Assembly: GCA_964016885.1 (NCBI GenBank)
Contig: OZ024742.1
Location: 220,286,001 to 220,350,000, forward strand
Origin: Eledone cirrhosa
Lineage: Eukaryota
Reading direction: 5' to 3'
DNA: 64,000 nucleotides
Below, piece by piece: positions 14,101 to 29,266 of the stretch. Under the pieces are notes generated by a model that did no database searches, was not told the DNA's origin, and saw only the letters and a list, made by a program, of their open reading frames with translations. Position 1 is the stretch's first letter. Each line of letters starts with the position of its first letter. The translations under genes and the position numbers were made by a program.

Positions 14101-17100
14101 TTGCTATTTCTCACATACAATATCTTCTCCATCTCCTTACATTTTCTGAGGTCTAACTGCTATCAAATGAAAGTGGAAATAGATACAACCAATATTCTTT
14201 TCATGAGTGTAACACAAACAAATCCTTCAGTTGACACAACAGCAGCAACAACAATAACACCAACAACAATAATAGTTTCTAATTTAAGTGCAAGCCCGTT
14301 ATTTTAAGGGGAGGTGAAATTTGATTAAATAGACTTGACTGGTAATTTATTTTATTGACTCTGAAAAGATGAAAAGCAAATTTAACCTTGGCAGGATTTG
14401 AACTCATAATGTAAATAGATGGAACAAATATTACAAGACAATTTTTCCAACACCCTAACAATTCTGCTAATCCACTACCCTAATTATAACAATCATTTTC
14501 AGCCCAGGCTGAATAGAAACATGAACATGAAAACAGCTTTCTATAAAATCTAAAAAAATCTAATGTCACTTAACCCCAAACCAAATTTGACAAAAAAAAA
14601 TTAAGCAAGTGATGTTATAAGGATCAATAAGAGAACAACTGACTCCTATTCCATCAATTACATGTGGTTATTGCTCTCAAAATATAGAGAGCTTCACTAA
14701 ATACCAAGTCAGTTTGAAAAGCAACAATGATTCTTTGCACAAATCAAGCAGTTCAAGTCTAACCCAAAATGAGTTTATCAAAAACTAGCTAAAAATCAAA
14801 TCAAAATAAAATCAACACAAACAAGAAAAGAAGTAGAAAAATCCTGGTAAGGAATAAGAAGAACCATTATAGGAAGTAATAACAACACAAGTAGCTTATG
14901 TGTTAAAAAAATACAACTGGAAGACACCAAAACATGTTAAAGTCCCAAACGTTTGGTTAAAGCTTTAGTTATGGCTTGATCAGATATTGATTGATATTTA
15001 CAGCCAAATGAGTATCTTTTCTGCTCTTTTGGAAATAAGTTATGTTTTCTAGATGCTTATTTATCTACTGTAATATTTTGTTAAAAAAGCACATAAATTA
15101 CTAGAAGAGATGTCTAGTAATGATACTGAAAGAGCTGACTAGACCAAAATGAAAATAATCTTAAATTTCAGAACTAAAGAAACTCTAAACTGAGAAAATT
15201 ATAGGAATATAATCTGCCTTGCTATAAACCACAAAGCACTTAGCTGCAATAATATTACAGTAGATAAATAAGCATCTAGAAAACATAACTTATTTCCAAA
15301 AGGGCAGAAAGTAAATATCAATCAATATCTTATCAAGCCATAACTAAAGAGACTCAAGGAGAAAGAATGGTTCGAATGTGGCATGAATTGATTACCAGAA
15401 GGCTTTTGACAATATTTCTCACACATAGATCCTGGAAACATTAAGTACCACTAAATAGCATCAGTAATAGGAGGATACATGAAACACATCATGAGGATAT
15501 AGCAAATAATTCTGCAGATACAGATAAAAGAGGGTATTATAAAAAACTGATCTCATTTGCATTAAAAGAGGAATATCCCAAGGAGACTTGCTTTATCAAT
15601 TCCTCTAACAAACCTTTAACAAACATGTTAAACAAGACTGGATTTGGATACAAATGTCATAGATAGACAAACAACTACCCTTTATATATGGATGACCTCA
15701 AGTTATAAATGATAAACAACTAGAAAGTCTGCAGCAGACAATTCACGGATATACTAACAGAATTTAAAAAAACCTTGAAGAAAAGAAAATTAAATAAGAA
15801 CACTAATATCATGTGAGATAAAGAAACTGAGATAGGTGAATTAGAACACACAGATTTACAAAAACTTGGGAATCAATGAACAGTGTACAATACACATAAA
15901 TGAAAGAAAGGTTTAGGATGGAATATTATAGATGCATTCACTTAATAATTAACTAAAGAGTTAAATACAAAATCATATGGTCACTGCCAATGATATTCTA
16001 GCTGTTTCATGAATAAGTTATAGTTATAATATTCTCAATTCAGGCATTAAATAAATCCTTTTTTATTCATCTTACCTGTATCTGCTTCCTGATACTGCCT
16101 TTCTTCAGTTTAGCACTAGCTGTATCAGTAATGGTATAATCCCAACTCAAGAAAACCAAACAGAAAAACTGGAAGTTGTTACTTGCACTCTCATCCTCAA
16201 TATTATCATGGAAATTAGATGCTGATCTGTAATACAAGATTGAAACTAGTTTTTCAAAAGTACATTGAAACACACTAACACATATATGGAATTATGTTCC
16301 TCATACACACATCCTGCATGACATAGAAAGACTCACAGCAACATACTACAATGAATACTGCATAAATCAACTCTCTCTCTATTTTTTTATTTTTTGCTTC
16401 TTTTACAACTACTTCAATATCTGATGTTCCTCTGTTTCCCAAAAGAAACTGTATTAAATCCTGCGTAAACTATATTTTTCAAAAATATAAAAATACATCA
16501 AATACTCAAGATGAACCATTTTCCCATGTTAATGGGGTGCACACTCAAATGTTCCAAAGCAATTTATTGACTATCGACAAAGTGGTAAAAAGAAACTGTT
16601 TTCATCAAGTTCATTGTGAGAAATCCAATTCTTCTCTAGAGTCATAATAATAATTGTTTCTACTATAGGCCAGCAATTTTAGGGGAGGGGAAAGTCGATT
16701 AAATCGACCCCTGTGCATTACTGGTGCTTTATTTTATCAACCCCATAAGGATGAAAGATAAAGCTTACCTCGGTGGGATTTGAACTCAGAATGTAAAGGG
16801 ATGTAATTATAAGCTGCAAAGTATGCTATCTATTACCCTACCAATACTGCCAATCAACCTCCTTAATAATGATAGTAATAATTGTTTCTACTTTAGGCAC
16901 AAGGCCAGCAATTACCCAGTGCATTACTGGTACTTTATTTTATCGACCCCGTAAGGATGAAACGCAAAGTCAACCTCAGCGGGATTTGAACTCAGATAGT
17001 AATAATAACAATAATTATATACAAGAAAATGACTTACTTTTTAGCCATGAGAATGACACTGTAGAGTAAGCAGGAAACAGAAATCAGGAGATAAGCCAAA

Positions 17101-18863
17101 GGTATGATGTAAGGTTTGCCATTAGTCTTAATTTCTTTATTGTCATAATATCCATAGAACAAAACTGTTTTTTCCATCCAGCCCTAAAACAGCAACAAAT
17201 AAGAAAATAACATTCTGATATCTTCTAATTAAGTAATTAAGGTTAGATAAATCAACTACTAGAATCATTTTATTATTATATTAATTGTTTTTTTTTAATG
17301 TCATTTGGTTATATCTAAAGGAAGTGGTAATGACTATAGCCTTTGCAGGTCCTCTGAGACCAGTGAGTATGGTATGTTCTCGTAATTCCTGATGGAGTCA
17401 TAGGAGTGCTGTATTGATATACAACATTTCTTGGGCATTTTAGGTCTGATGGAGCCCATCCCTTTCCAGGCCTGAGTACAGCAGATTTTTTCTAGAGAAG
17501 AATAGAAAGTGAGAGAGAGGAAGTGAGAAAGAGCTATAGAGGAAGAATCCACCCTACTTTTTCTTATCAACCTTGACCTCTGTGGGATTTGAACTGATTT
17601 GAACTAGAGAGCAAGAAGTAATACCACAAAGCATTCTATACAACATTCTAAAGACTGCCAATTCACCACCCCGGGCTACTGGAAGATGCCAAAATTCAGT
17701 GACAAGTAGCATCTATCAATTTAAAATGAAAAATGCCTAATGATTATTATAGAGAAATATTATTAGAGATAGAACTATTATTATAGAGAAGTATTATTAT
17801 AGAGAAGTATTATATTGAAATATTATGATAAAGAACTATTATGATAGAGAAGTATTATTATAGAGAAGTATTATACTGAAGTATTATGATAAAGAACTAT
17901 TATGATAGAGAAGTATTATTATAGAGAAGTATTATACTGAAGTATTATGATAAAGAACTATTATGATAGAGAAGTATTATTATAGAGAAGTATTATATTG
18001 AAATATTATGATAGAGAACTATTATGATAGAGAAGTAAAATGTCAGAGAAGTTTTATGATAAAGAACTATTATGATAGTCAAGCCCGCAGCAGTGGAGAC
18101 TTCTGGTGTCCTTGGCCCTCGGATCACCTCCCTACTCACCACCAGCAGCACAGAGTCGGTTACCCACAGGTGTGGGTCTCGCGAGCTGCAACGGCTCTGT
18201 CAGCGCGTCTCCCTCACCATGCTCCAGGAAATACCTTCCCTATTCTGTCTGCTGGTGCTATGGGGTAGCCAGTGTGTGGACCCTCATTTGCTTATAATAA
18301 TGGTTTTTTATATAGGCACAAGGCCAGCAATTTTGGGGGAGGGGAAAGTCGATTAAATCGACCCCAGTGCGTGATTGGTACTTTATTTTATTGACCCCTA
18401 AGGATGAAAGGCAAAGTTAACCTCAGCGGGATTTGATCTCAGATCATAAAGGGCAATAACTATGCTGCAAATCATGTTGTCTGACGCTCTAGCGATACTG
18501 CCAATCGACCGCCCTTCATTCATTTATAATAATGAGAGATGGAGAAAGCAGGAGAGATGGAGGCAGTGACAGTGGGAGTTTGGTTCCATTGTGTTCGGAC
18601 CTGGTGTATATGTATATATTTATTTACAACACCACATTAAAACTATTAAACACTTGTAGTTTCCATAATCTCACTCCAGTTCTCTTTATAACATTCATCA
18701 CTATAACATCATGTCTATACTGACAGTTATGTCATAAAAACTACAGGAAATAATGGCCTTTATATCTTGCTGGAAAAGTACTGAAGCAGAAAGCAAAATG
18801 CCTCAGCAGACTATATTCAGTTGGCTGGAACCAGATGTATGTACGCATGCATGCATGCGTGTG

Positions 18864-18899
<36 letters not shown>

Positions 18900-21800
18900 T
18901 GTATGTATGTATGTATGTATGTATGTATGTATGTATGTATGTATGTCAGGTCACCAGTTGGTGCTACTGGTAACATGTATCCCAGTACAACCTGTCTCAT
19001 GGTCGGGTCGTTGGCGACTAAACTGGCAACCCCACCAAGGTTTCTTGGTGAGGAGGGTGACTTTGGACATCCTGCAGGACTAAAAACAAAACCTGTCAAA
19101 GGGCAAAGGAGCTCTTAAGAGTCAATGGCAATCCAAAATCACTGGGAGAGATGACCCCTTAGCCTTTGTCAAGGCAGAATTCTAGGAGAAGGAAAACTCT
19201 GATATAACACCTGCAACCATGATGGTATCCAATGATGTTGACTTGTTCTTCTTTTTGGTAAATATCATCTTGGTTAAGAGAGTGGGACTGGCTTTGTGCA
19301 GTGCCTTTGCTCACTATAAAAGCTTCACAGCACAGGCATTGCTTTATATCTGAGATCTCTCTGCACTTGTCGTCACATGGTACCATGGGCCCAGCACTAG
19401 GTGTCAATAATTGTCACAAGTGTAGTGTTTGTACCAGAGTTTTCAAGTCCCTGGCTGGACTAAAAAGTCACACTCGTTCAGCGCATCAGTAGGGGTTCTC
19501 CTACATGGATATAAAGTAGTGGCCGTACTCAAAAACGAGTTGGCAGCCACCATGTATGTATCTATGTATGTATGTATGTATGATTGTATGTTGTATGCAT
19601 GTATCCATGTATGTGTGCATATATATGTATGTTTGTATGTATGTATTTAAAGGTACATGGCGTAGTGGTTAGTATGTTTGGATCTCATAATTTCGATTCT
19701 CAGACCAGTTGGCGCATTGTATCTTTGAGCAAAACACTTTATTTCATGTTGCTCCAGTCTGAATGTATGAGGAAGATGTGCTCCCCCCCCCCCCCCCCCC
19801 AGTCTTGCCTCAGTATGTGACAACCTGTTAACCTATGAAAGTTGGAAAATAGATGATTACAAACACACACACACACAAACACACTCAAATATAATGTATG
19901 TGTACATGTAAGTGCATATATAGGTATATGTACACATAGACATACCCCCTCGTATATTTATTTGTATATCTATCTATTTATCTATCATCTACCTATATAT
20001 CTGAAGGAAAGTGGCTTTGGGTTGCAATCATGAGGTTGTGAGTTCGAATACCAGAGCAGGTGATGTGTTGTGTTGCTTCAGTTTACTTAGCTGTAGAAAT
20101 GAGCTGCGATGTCACTGGTGTCAAACTGTATCAGCCATTTTGGTGTCAAACTGTATCAGCCTTTCCTTGGACAACAATGGTAGTGTGGAGAGGGGAGACT
20201 GGTATATATGAACAACTGATGGTCTTCCACGAACAACTTTGCTCAGGCTTGTCCCTTGAAGGGGAATTTTCTAGGTGAAAATCCCATGGTCATATGTAAC
20301 CGAAGGGTGTCTCTACCTTTACTCTTTTACTTATCTATCTAGCTAACCAGATAGAGAGCTAGATATCTATACATACATACATCATACATACATAAATCCT
20401 CATTCATACATACACATATATAATAATGAACATATTGTGTACAGTGCTCAGGTGCACTACAACTCATCAAAAGTGTATGTATAGTACATAGGGTAATGTA
20501 CAAACGTCAGGAAAATGAACAGTGCATGAGTCATGATATACACATGTGTGCAGGGGGACATCAGGTGTAGTTGGTGAATTTCAGGAAGCATGGGGGTTTT
20601 AAAGGATGCAGTGTCTCGGCAGCTAACAACTGACGCAGGCAGTTTGTTCCATGCTTCAGCAACTGTAAGTGTGAAAAAATGTTTCCGAACGTCATGGGAG
20701 CTGTGTTGTTTTCTGACTTTGTAGGCATGTCCACACGTGTTAGACACATGGAGATCAAAAAGGTGCTCAGGGTTGTTGTTGGCGAGATGGTTAATAACTT
20801 TGTGGGTGTTTACCAAGTCCATTGCCAGACGTCGGAGCTTCAATGAATCCATGCCCAGGGAAGCAAGGCATTCAGAGTATGGTAGGTGTCTGATGGAGGG
20901 TAAGCGCTTGGTTGCACGTCTCTGAACAGTTTCCAGGAGGTCAATGTTCTGAGCAAGTTAGGGGTTCCAGACTGATGATGCGAATTCCAAGTGTGGTCGT
21001 ACCATAGCTGTATATAGCTTTAAATAGATGGCTGGAGACTGGCTAACAAAGGCCTTGCTGAGTGATGCCAAGACACCCTCGGCCTTCTTGACAATTTTAG
21101 AGATGTGCTTTGTCCAACACAAACTGCTGGTGACAGTAATGCCCAGGTCACGTTCACAAGAGGACTTCTTGATATCAGTGTTGTGGAGGGAGTATGTGGA
21201 CGCTGAATTTTTCCTCCCAAAATGCATGGTGGTACACTTGTCCACAGCCCGCTTCAGTTGCCAGTCTGTGATCCATTGCTGCATTGTGTCCAGGTCTGAT
21301 TGTAAGAAAGAGTTATAGATTTCAGGATCAGTCCTTTTGATTTCAAGGTACAGCTTGATGTCATCTGCATATTTCAGTACTGTGGCATTCTTTAAGTTGG
21401 TATCTATGTCATTAATGTATGCAACAAACAAAAGGGGACCAAGAACAGATCCCTGTGGTACACCAGATGACATCTCATATGGTGAAGAATGCTGTCCTAG
21501 AACCGTGACTACCTCTTTTTGGCTGAGAATGAAGGATTTCAACCAGTTAAAAAGATCATCCTTCACACCCATTGCAGAGAGTTTCGCCATAAGTGTGGCA
21601 CAGAATTAAAAGCCTTACCGAAGTCAAGGTAAACAACATCCACCCATGAGCCACTGTCAGTCATCCGGGTAATGTCTTCAAGGAACTCGATAAGCTGGTC
21701 ACAGCAGCTGGAGTTAGGGATAAATCCAAATTGCGAGGGCTGGATGAGGCTGTGAGAGCTCCAGAAGTTCCAAAGTGTTTCTCTGACACAGGATTCCATC

Positions 21801-24062
21801 AGTTTGGCAATACAGCTAGTAAGAGTGACTGGACAATAGTTGACAGGTGACGTGCGGTCGCCCTTTTTGAACAGGGGAATGACACTGGCAGTTTTCCACT
21901 GCTCCGGAGTAGCACCATTGTTGAGACAGTATTTAAAGAAGAAAGAAAGCTGGTGCAAAAGGAAGTACCCGCCACGTTTGAGAAGCAGGTATGGCATAGT
22001 TGCGCTTATTCTTAAGGTGACATCGCAGCATTGCAGGTGTAAATTCCATAGTTGTTATGGAATTTGATGTTAGAGATGGTGGAGATGGTACATTCTGGTT
22101 TTCAACAGTAAAAATGCTTGCATAGCACTCAGCAATGAGTTCTGCGCATTCTTAGGGATCGTCTGTGATCTGGCTTGTGTGATTGCGAAGAGGACCAACT
22201 GGAGAGTGAGGTCTCTGCTTTGAATGTACATATTTCCAGAACACCTTACTGTCAGGATTGGTTGCTATGCACTGTTCAAATTCAAGCACTGCCTTTTTTG
22301 TCACTTGCTTGAGATAGTTGGAAGATTTATTCCGCTTTTTTCTGTTGGCATCTGATTTATGCAGTTTATATTCCAGTTCAGCATTTCGACGTTCTTTCCT
22401 GGCAAGTCGGACCGCTGAAGTTTCCCAAATTGCACTTTTGGGGTGGGGTTTTTTCTGCTTACGTAACACTGATGCTGCATACGCTATCCATATTGAGTCC
22501 AGGATGCTCTGGAGTATAGTCTTCACATCTCCAGAGTTATAGAACTCATGCCAGTTTGGGTGCTGTAGCTCAGTGCTGTACAAGTTCCAATCTGCTTTCT
22601 TCCAATCAAAGCAAGCAGATTGGAGATGGTTCTGGTTTTTGTTGCTGCCCGCAAGAGCCAGATTGGCAATGAGCATAGCATGATCAGAGTCGCCTAGAGG
22701 TTCCTCAGTAGTACAACTGATAACCACTTCAGGAGTAGTGGTGAAGAGCAGGTCCAAAGTGTTGTTACCTCTTATTGAAGAGGTGACTACTTGTGACCAG
22801 TTTGAGTCCAGCACTAGCCCAAGGAAATCGTTTGCACTTTGTGGCCAATGAAAGGTTTGCCAATTGATCTCAGGATGATTGAAGTCACCTGCAATAAACA
22901 CATAAGTGGCTGTTTTCCTGGCAGCAGCTCTGAGGATATCACAAAGCTGTGTGTCCTGATGGTAGTTTGGTGGGGGCGATAAACAACACCAAGCAGAAGT
23001 GTTGACATGGTCATACGTATGTCACAGAAAAAAACTTCTTGTGATTCGTTCAAATCAACGCTAGGAATTACTGAAAAATTTGAACGAACGTAGACCATCA
23101 CACCACCACCACGGTGATTAATGCAGTCCTTGTGGAACAGGTTGTACCCAGTAATGCTGAAAACCCCATCACAGAGTAAGGAATGTGCCCATGTTTCCGT
23201 GACTGTGATGAAGTCAGGGTCGATGCTTCTGACGTAGGAGTTAAACAGATGTATCTTGTTGCATAAACTGCGAGCATTTAAGGACAATTTGTACCCTGCT
23301 TACAGTTTATGATGGTGTGTAGAGGATGGCAGGTTGTTCTGGTTTAGTTTCCCAGAGTTGTAGTTTTTTCATTGCCAGTTATTGTGGGTAGAGCGCACTC
23401 AGACCAGCTGGTATCTCTCTTCCATGTTTCACCAGCCTTAACAAACCTCCAATTCTGCTCATCATCACGCAGACTAAAACTTTCATGTTGTGCTGAGTTC
23501 CGATTCAAGGAAGCTGCAGCACATAGCTTTGGATGTACATTGGGTGGTAGGCCTGGGCGTGTTCGGAAGGTAATCCGATTTTCACGCCCAGCTTTAACAG
23601 AGGCCAGATGATATGAAATTGCCTCAGCGGGGTCCGAAAAAAGACAGCCTGATGAGTTTGGGTTTTGGACCAGGTCGACCAAGGCAGAGAGCACTCTTTG
23701 GGGGAACATAGCCTAGGTCTTTGGCTGAGCTGGCAGCAAATGCCTGAAGATCAGCCTTGTCTTCTGGTACCCCAATGGCAATTACTTCATGGGTAGCAGA
23801 TTCCGCGGTCTTCTCAGTGTGCCCAGATACGGCAAGAGGTACAGAGAGATTCTTTAGCAAGGTATTCCGATAAGACCCCTCATTGTGGGGTCCTACCCGA
23901 ATGCTTGCCGTTATTCCTGTTACTTCCCTTCTTAAAGCAGAAATCATTTGTTGCAATTCTGAAAAATCTGTACTGGTCGATTGTGGTTGTTGTTGTTGTT
24001 GCTGCTGGTGTTGTTGTTGTTGTTGCTCTTGCTGTTGCTGCCGCTGTTGTTATTGTTGTTGT

Positions 24063-24097
<35 letters not shown>

Positions 24098-27000
24098 TTC
24101 CTCCAGGGGAATGGTAGGGGAAGACACAATTGTCGGTTGTTGGTGTCGAGATGTACTGGGAGCGGAAGACATGGGTTGTTGTTGTTTCTGATGTTCTTCC
24201 ACACGAATAGCAGCAGAACCCAGTGTCATAGGTTTCTGCCGTTGTTCAGTAACACTGGTAGAGGAAGATACAGTCATCGGTTTGTTGTTGTTGTTGTTTT
24301 TCAATAACATTGGTGAAGGCAGGCACACAGGCCAGGCACTGAAAGGTCCAGGATTTTAGCTGGACCATCTCCCAGAGTCCATCCATCATAGCAATATGAT
24401 GTCTCTTTTTGGGGCCTGGGATCCTCCGGAAGCCTGTGACGCATTGAAGGCAGACAGATGCGACAGGTTCCACATTCGACCCATCGATTACGGAACGAGT
24501 TTTCGGGTTCCTTACAAATATGGCAGGTGTGATTTTCTGGGCAATGTTCTATTTTGGAACATCGACCAGTTTTGTCGCATACTTCATCCATGGATATCAC
24601 CATGGCAACTTTGTAGAAAAATCCGTAGAAAAACACAGAATGTAAACAATATAGGTTTAGCACACTTGATTACGATAGAAATAAAATGTTTGTTTTTTGT
24701 GTATTTTTGTTTCCGTTTTCCTAAATATTGTGTGTGTGTGTACAAAAGGATCTGTGCATATATGTATAATTAAAAAAAAAAGTATGTATATATGTATATA
24801 TATAACCCATGTAAGTACGGGGAATAGATTTTAAACAGAAATGAAGTCAGTGGTTTTACTGGAGTTTACGATACTTTCATTATAGTCTCTAAATAGTGTG
24901 ATTTATTTTCACTTTGTGTGTATATATGTGTATGCTACATATAGATATGTGTGTATGTTTCTGTTTTATAGAGTTTGGATGTGCTTACTGTCGTCCAACG
25001 TCGATTTGTTAGTTATCCCCCCCCCCCTCATGTCCACACGTGGCGAAATATATAGTTCCCTTCGTCAATAAAACAAAAAAAAATGGTGAAGAAAGTTGTG
25101 ATATTTCTCATACTGGTTTTACAAGTAAGGGAAAAGTTAAACTATTCTTAATAGTGGAGTTTGCAATCCATCTGACGTGTGATATTAACAATTCTCGCTG
25201 ACAGTATTATATTGAGATGGGACCAAAATAAAAAGCAACAAAAAGCAACTCGTAATGAAAACTGGATTTCATAGCTGCTCTCAACTGAAACGAAAGCCAT
25301 TATTACACACCTGTTGCATGCAGCTGAATAAATGCCGCATAGTTTTTACATTTGTTTCGCTCTTGCGATTATATAGTTTATTAATCAATTGTGTTCAATT
25401 TGACCTTTCACAGATAGCCACATATAATATCACTGAATTATAACTTTTGGTCAATCATTTAAATATTCAGTAGCAATGAGAAAAATAAAAAATAAAAATT
25501 TATTTACTCTATAACGACCAGTTTCAGAATCTCAGAAATACACACACAAACATAAATATATATATATGTGTGTGTGTGTGTGTAAAAGTAAACAGAAATA
25601 ACAAAGCAAATGACAGCACAATGAAGAAATATATTATTTGGAGGAACATCAGTTGATGATGTTATTGTTTTACAACTGTAACTGTTTTTTTTTTTTTCAA
25701 GTAAATACAGTTTAATAGGAAAAGAAAAAGAAGGAAAATTTAGATTGAGAAGGGAATGTAAAATAGGAAAATATAGAGACAAAAAAAGAATAAGAAAGAA
25801 AAAAACGGCAGAGGAGGAAATGGCAAGGACTCCAGTGTCACAGTAGAATGGAGAGGGAGGAGGAGGATTGGGCTAAGGTCAGATCCCCCTCTACCACTGC
25901 GCCCTGCAGACAAGATCGCAAAAGCATTCCCGCGGACAATGGCCAGCGACACCCGCTGCAACAGCCACCCCACTTCAGACAGGCGGCTGAAGTTCTGATC
26001 TTGCAGAGGAGCTCGACTGTACTGGGTTCAAGTATGACTGAGATCTTGACAGCAACCGGTGCAAAGAGGAAGTGGCTGGACAGTCCCCAGTATTTGTTTA
26101 TTTTCTGTTCCTTTGCAAGGTGGGCTGTGGTACTGGGGTTTGTGGCTGAAGTGACTAAATTGGAGGCATAGAACGTGTCGCAAGGTGGCATCCTAGATGA
26201 GGGATCTATCTCCTTCGAATAGGAAGAGGGTGATTCCATTAGGTTGCTTGCTGTCTCTGTGGTCAAGGCCTGCTGGCTCCAGTTGTGATGGAAAGCCAGC
26301 TGTGTCCAGGTTCCTTCTCAGTATGTCATTCAGAGTGGCGAACTTTTGAAATATCAGGAAGAGAGTTTTAACGTTTTGAACAGCAGTCCCTCATCAAAAG
26401 ATGGAATGAGAAATAGAAAGATAAAGAGTGAGAAGAGGAAGGAACAAAAAGAAAATGAGAAAAAAAACACACACGTGCATATTTAATCAGCCATTTGGAT
26501 ATATATTTGTGATCTGGAGAAATCTTTTGACAAAGTCCCTCTGCCATAATCTGTCTCTTAGAAGACTAGGAGTAGATGAGTGGCTTGTGAAGACTGTACA
26601 AGCCATATATAGGGGAGCAGTCAGCAAAGTTAGGATTAACAATGACTACAACGAGGAATTTTAGCATGCAAGTTGGAATCCACCAGGGCTCTGTTCTTAG
26701 TCCTCTGCTTTTTATTATCATTCTGCACGCTATAACAGAGGAGTTTAAGATTGGTTGCCCATGGGAACTCCTTTATGCGGATGATTTTACCTTTATAGCT
26801 GAATCTATGACAGAATTAGAGAAATTCCAAGCCTGGAAACAAGGCCTAGAAACAAAGGGTCTTAAAGTTAACCTGACAAAGACTACGGTCCTAGTAAGTA
26901 GAAGGGAAAACAGAGCCCTGATCCCCCCGGGGGAAATGGCCTTGATCAGTATATAAGAAAGGTGTAGGTAGAAATTCCCTCCTCTGTCCCAAGTGATGTA

Positions 27001-29205
27001 GTGGGATCTCAGGTGGTTTAGCTAAGAACATAGGTTTTACATGTAGCCATTGCATGGGAACAGTAACCAGTAAACGACCATATGAAACAAGTGGTATCAA
27101 ATTCTAGGAAGGTTTGGTAGAAGCAGTAGACAGCTTCTGCTACCTGGATGACCAAATTAGCAGCAGAGGAGGGTGTTCCAAAAGCACAGGTTTGAAGAAG
27201 TTCAGGGAGCTACTATCATTTCTAGCTACAAAAGTTTTTTTTTCCTCATAATGAAAAGCAGACTGTATGATACATGCATAGGGGCAGCAATGTTGCATGG
27301 TAGTGAAACTTGGACGCTGTGTACAGAGGACTTGCAAAGATTAGAAAGAAATGAAGCTTGCATACTTCAATGGATGTGTAATAGTAATATACGTGAACGG
27401 CAAAGCATAAACGAACTGAGAGAGAAACTAGGCATAAGAGGAATCAGATGCTGTGTGCAGGAGAGGAGATTGCATTGGTATGGACATGTGATACATATGA
27501 AGGATGATAGCTGTATCAAAAGGTGCACAGCGCTCAAAGTTGATAGAAGCCATGGGATGAGGTGATGAAAGCTGACATTGCACAATTACACCCCTCGAAG
27601 GTGATGACACAGGACTGAGATCTCTGGCATTATGCAGTAATACAGAAGAACCACCTTCTTATGAGCACAGGCTGAAGCATACATTTAGTATGCACCACAT
27701 TCACCTCCATCCCCCCTTCCATACACCTCCCATGAGCTCAGGCTGCAGCATACATCTAGTGCGCACCACCTTCCTTCTTCCATTCACCCCACATCCTAAC
27801 ATTCCACCCCTTACAATCTCCTCAATCCCCACAGGCGTCTCCCACCAAAGTCTCCTAACTCTAACCCAGCTCACATTGTAAAGTGACACGACTAAAAGGA
27901 CCTAGCCCACACTGCAAAGTGGTCATGTACGTGTCATGACCAAAATCACCCAGCTCACACTGTGAAGTGGTAATGTAGTTCTCATGACAAAAAGCACATA
28001 GTGCTCACTGTAAATGTGGTTGACATTAGGAAGGGCATCCAGTTGTAGAAACCAAGCCCAAATCAGTTCCGTATGAGCAAGACATGGTCACTGACAAGAC
28101 AACCTGTCTAACTCAAGCTAGCATGGAAAAATGGACGTTAAACGATGATGAAGATGATGACTATATATATAGCAACTTTCATGTCTCGTGTTTCCCCCTC
28201 TCTATCGGTATGTTTTTTTTCTGTTTATTTTCTTTTGCTATCGTTCTCTTCACTATCGTCTTTGTTTTTTGTTGTTGTTTTCTTCCCTAATAACTATTCC
28301 TCTTAGTTATTAATGCCCTGTGTCTTTAATGCGTGGAAACGTCAGCGACCCACAGCAGACAGCCGAAGAGTGGGAATTGTCCTTATGTTTGTGTTTCTCT
28401 TACGCTTTCTAAACAATATGTATTAGTAACCACACAGCGCCTTTGTCACTTTTAATTCATATTAATTTATTGCTGTTACCTCCTTTCTATTCTCACTATC
28501 TCGCTTCTTCTTGTTAATTCTGGTTTTGGACTTAAATTCTGACGTTTTGGATTAACTCTTTTCCTTCCTCCTTTCTTCCTCTTTCTTTCCCTTTCTCTCT
28601 CTGTCCCACTCACTTATTCCCATTCTCTCTCACTCACTTATTCTCTTTCTCTCTTACCATTTATCCCATTTATCCCCCTCTATCTCTCTGCTCCCTCACC
28701 ACTTCCCCCTACCAGACGTTTTTCTCTTCGCTGTTAATCCGGATTCAGGGCTTACGCTCGGTCTCTTTTTTCATTTCTCCCCCTCTTCCATTGGTTACTT
28801 ACTGCAACTTACATGTAATACTGTTTCGTGTTTCCTCCTCTCTATTGGTATGTTTTTCTTCTGTTTATTTTCTTTTGTTTTTTGTTTTTATTTTCTTCCC
28901 TAATAACTATTCCTTGTAGTTATTAACACACTGTAGTGAGATATACTGCCTTTAATTCGTTGAAACATCAGTGACCCACAGCAGACAGCTGAAGAGCAGG
29001 AATTGTTCTTGTGTTTATGTTTATGTTATATATATATATACATATATATATCATCATCATTTTCCCTGCTTGCAAGGGTGGGCTGGGAACTGATTCTGGC
29101 TTGATTTCTACAGCTGAGTGAACTGGAGCAATCACCTGGTCTGAGAATTTAACTCACAACCTTTCGATTGCAAAGCCAATGCTCTAACCACTAAGCCATG
29201 TGCCT

Positions 29206-29266
<61 letters not shown>

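Noticed and set aside
25020-25060. Hammerhead-like ctcatgt-ccacacgtggc-gaaa-tatata
   Set aside because: At least two core mismatches and no stem I; too degraded to support.
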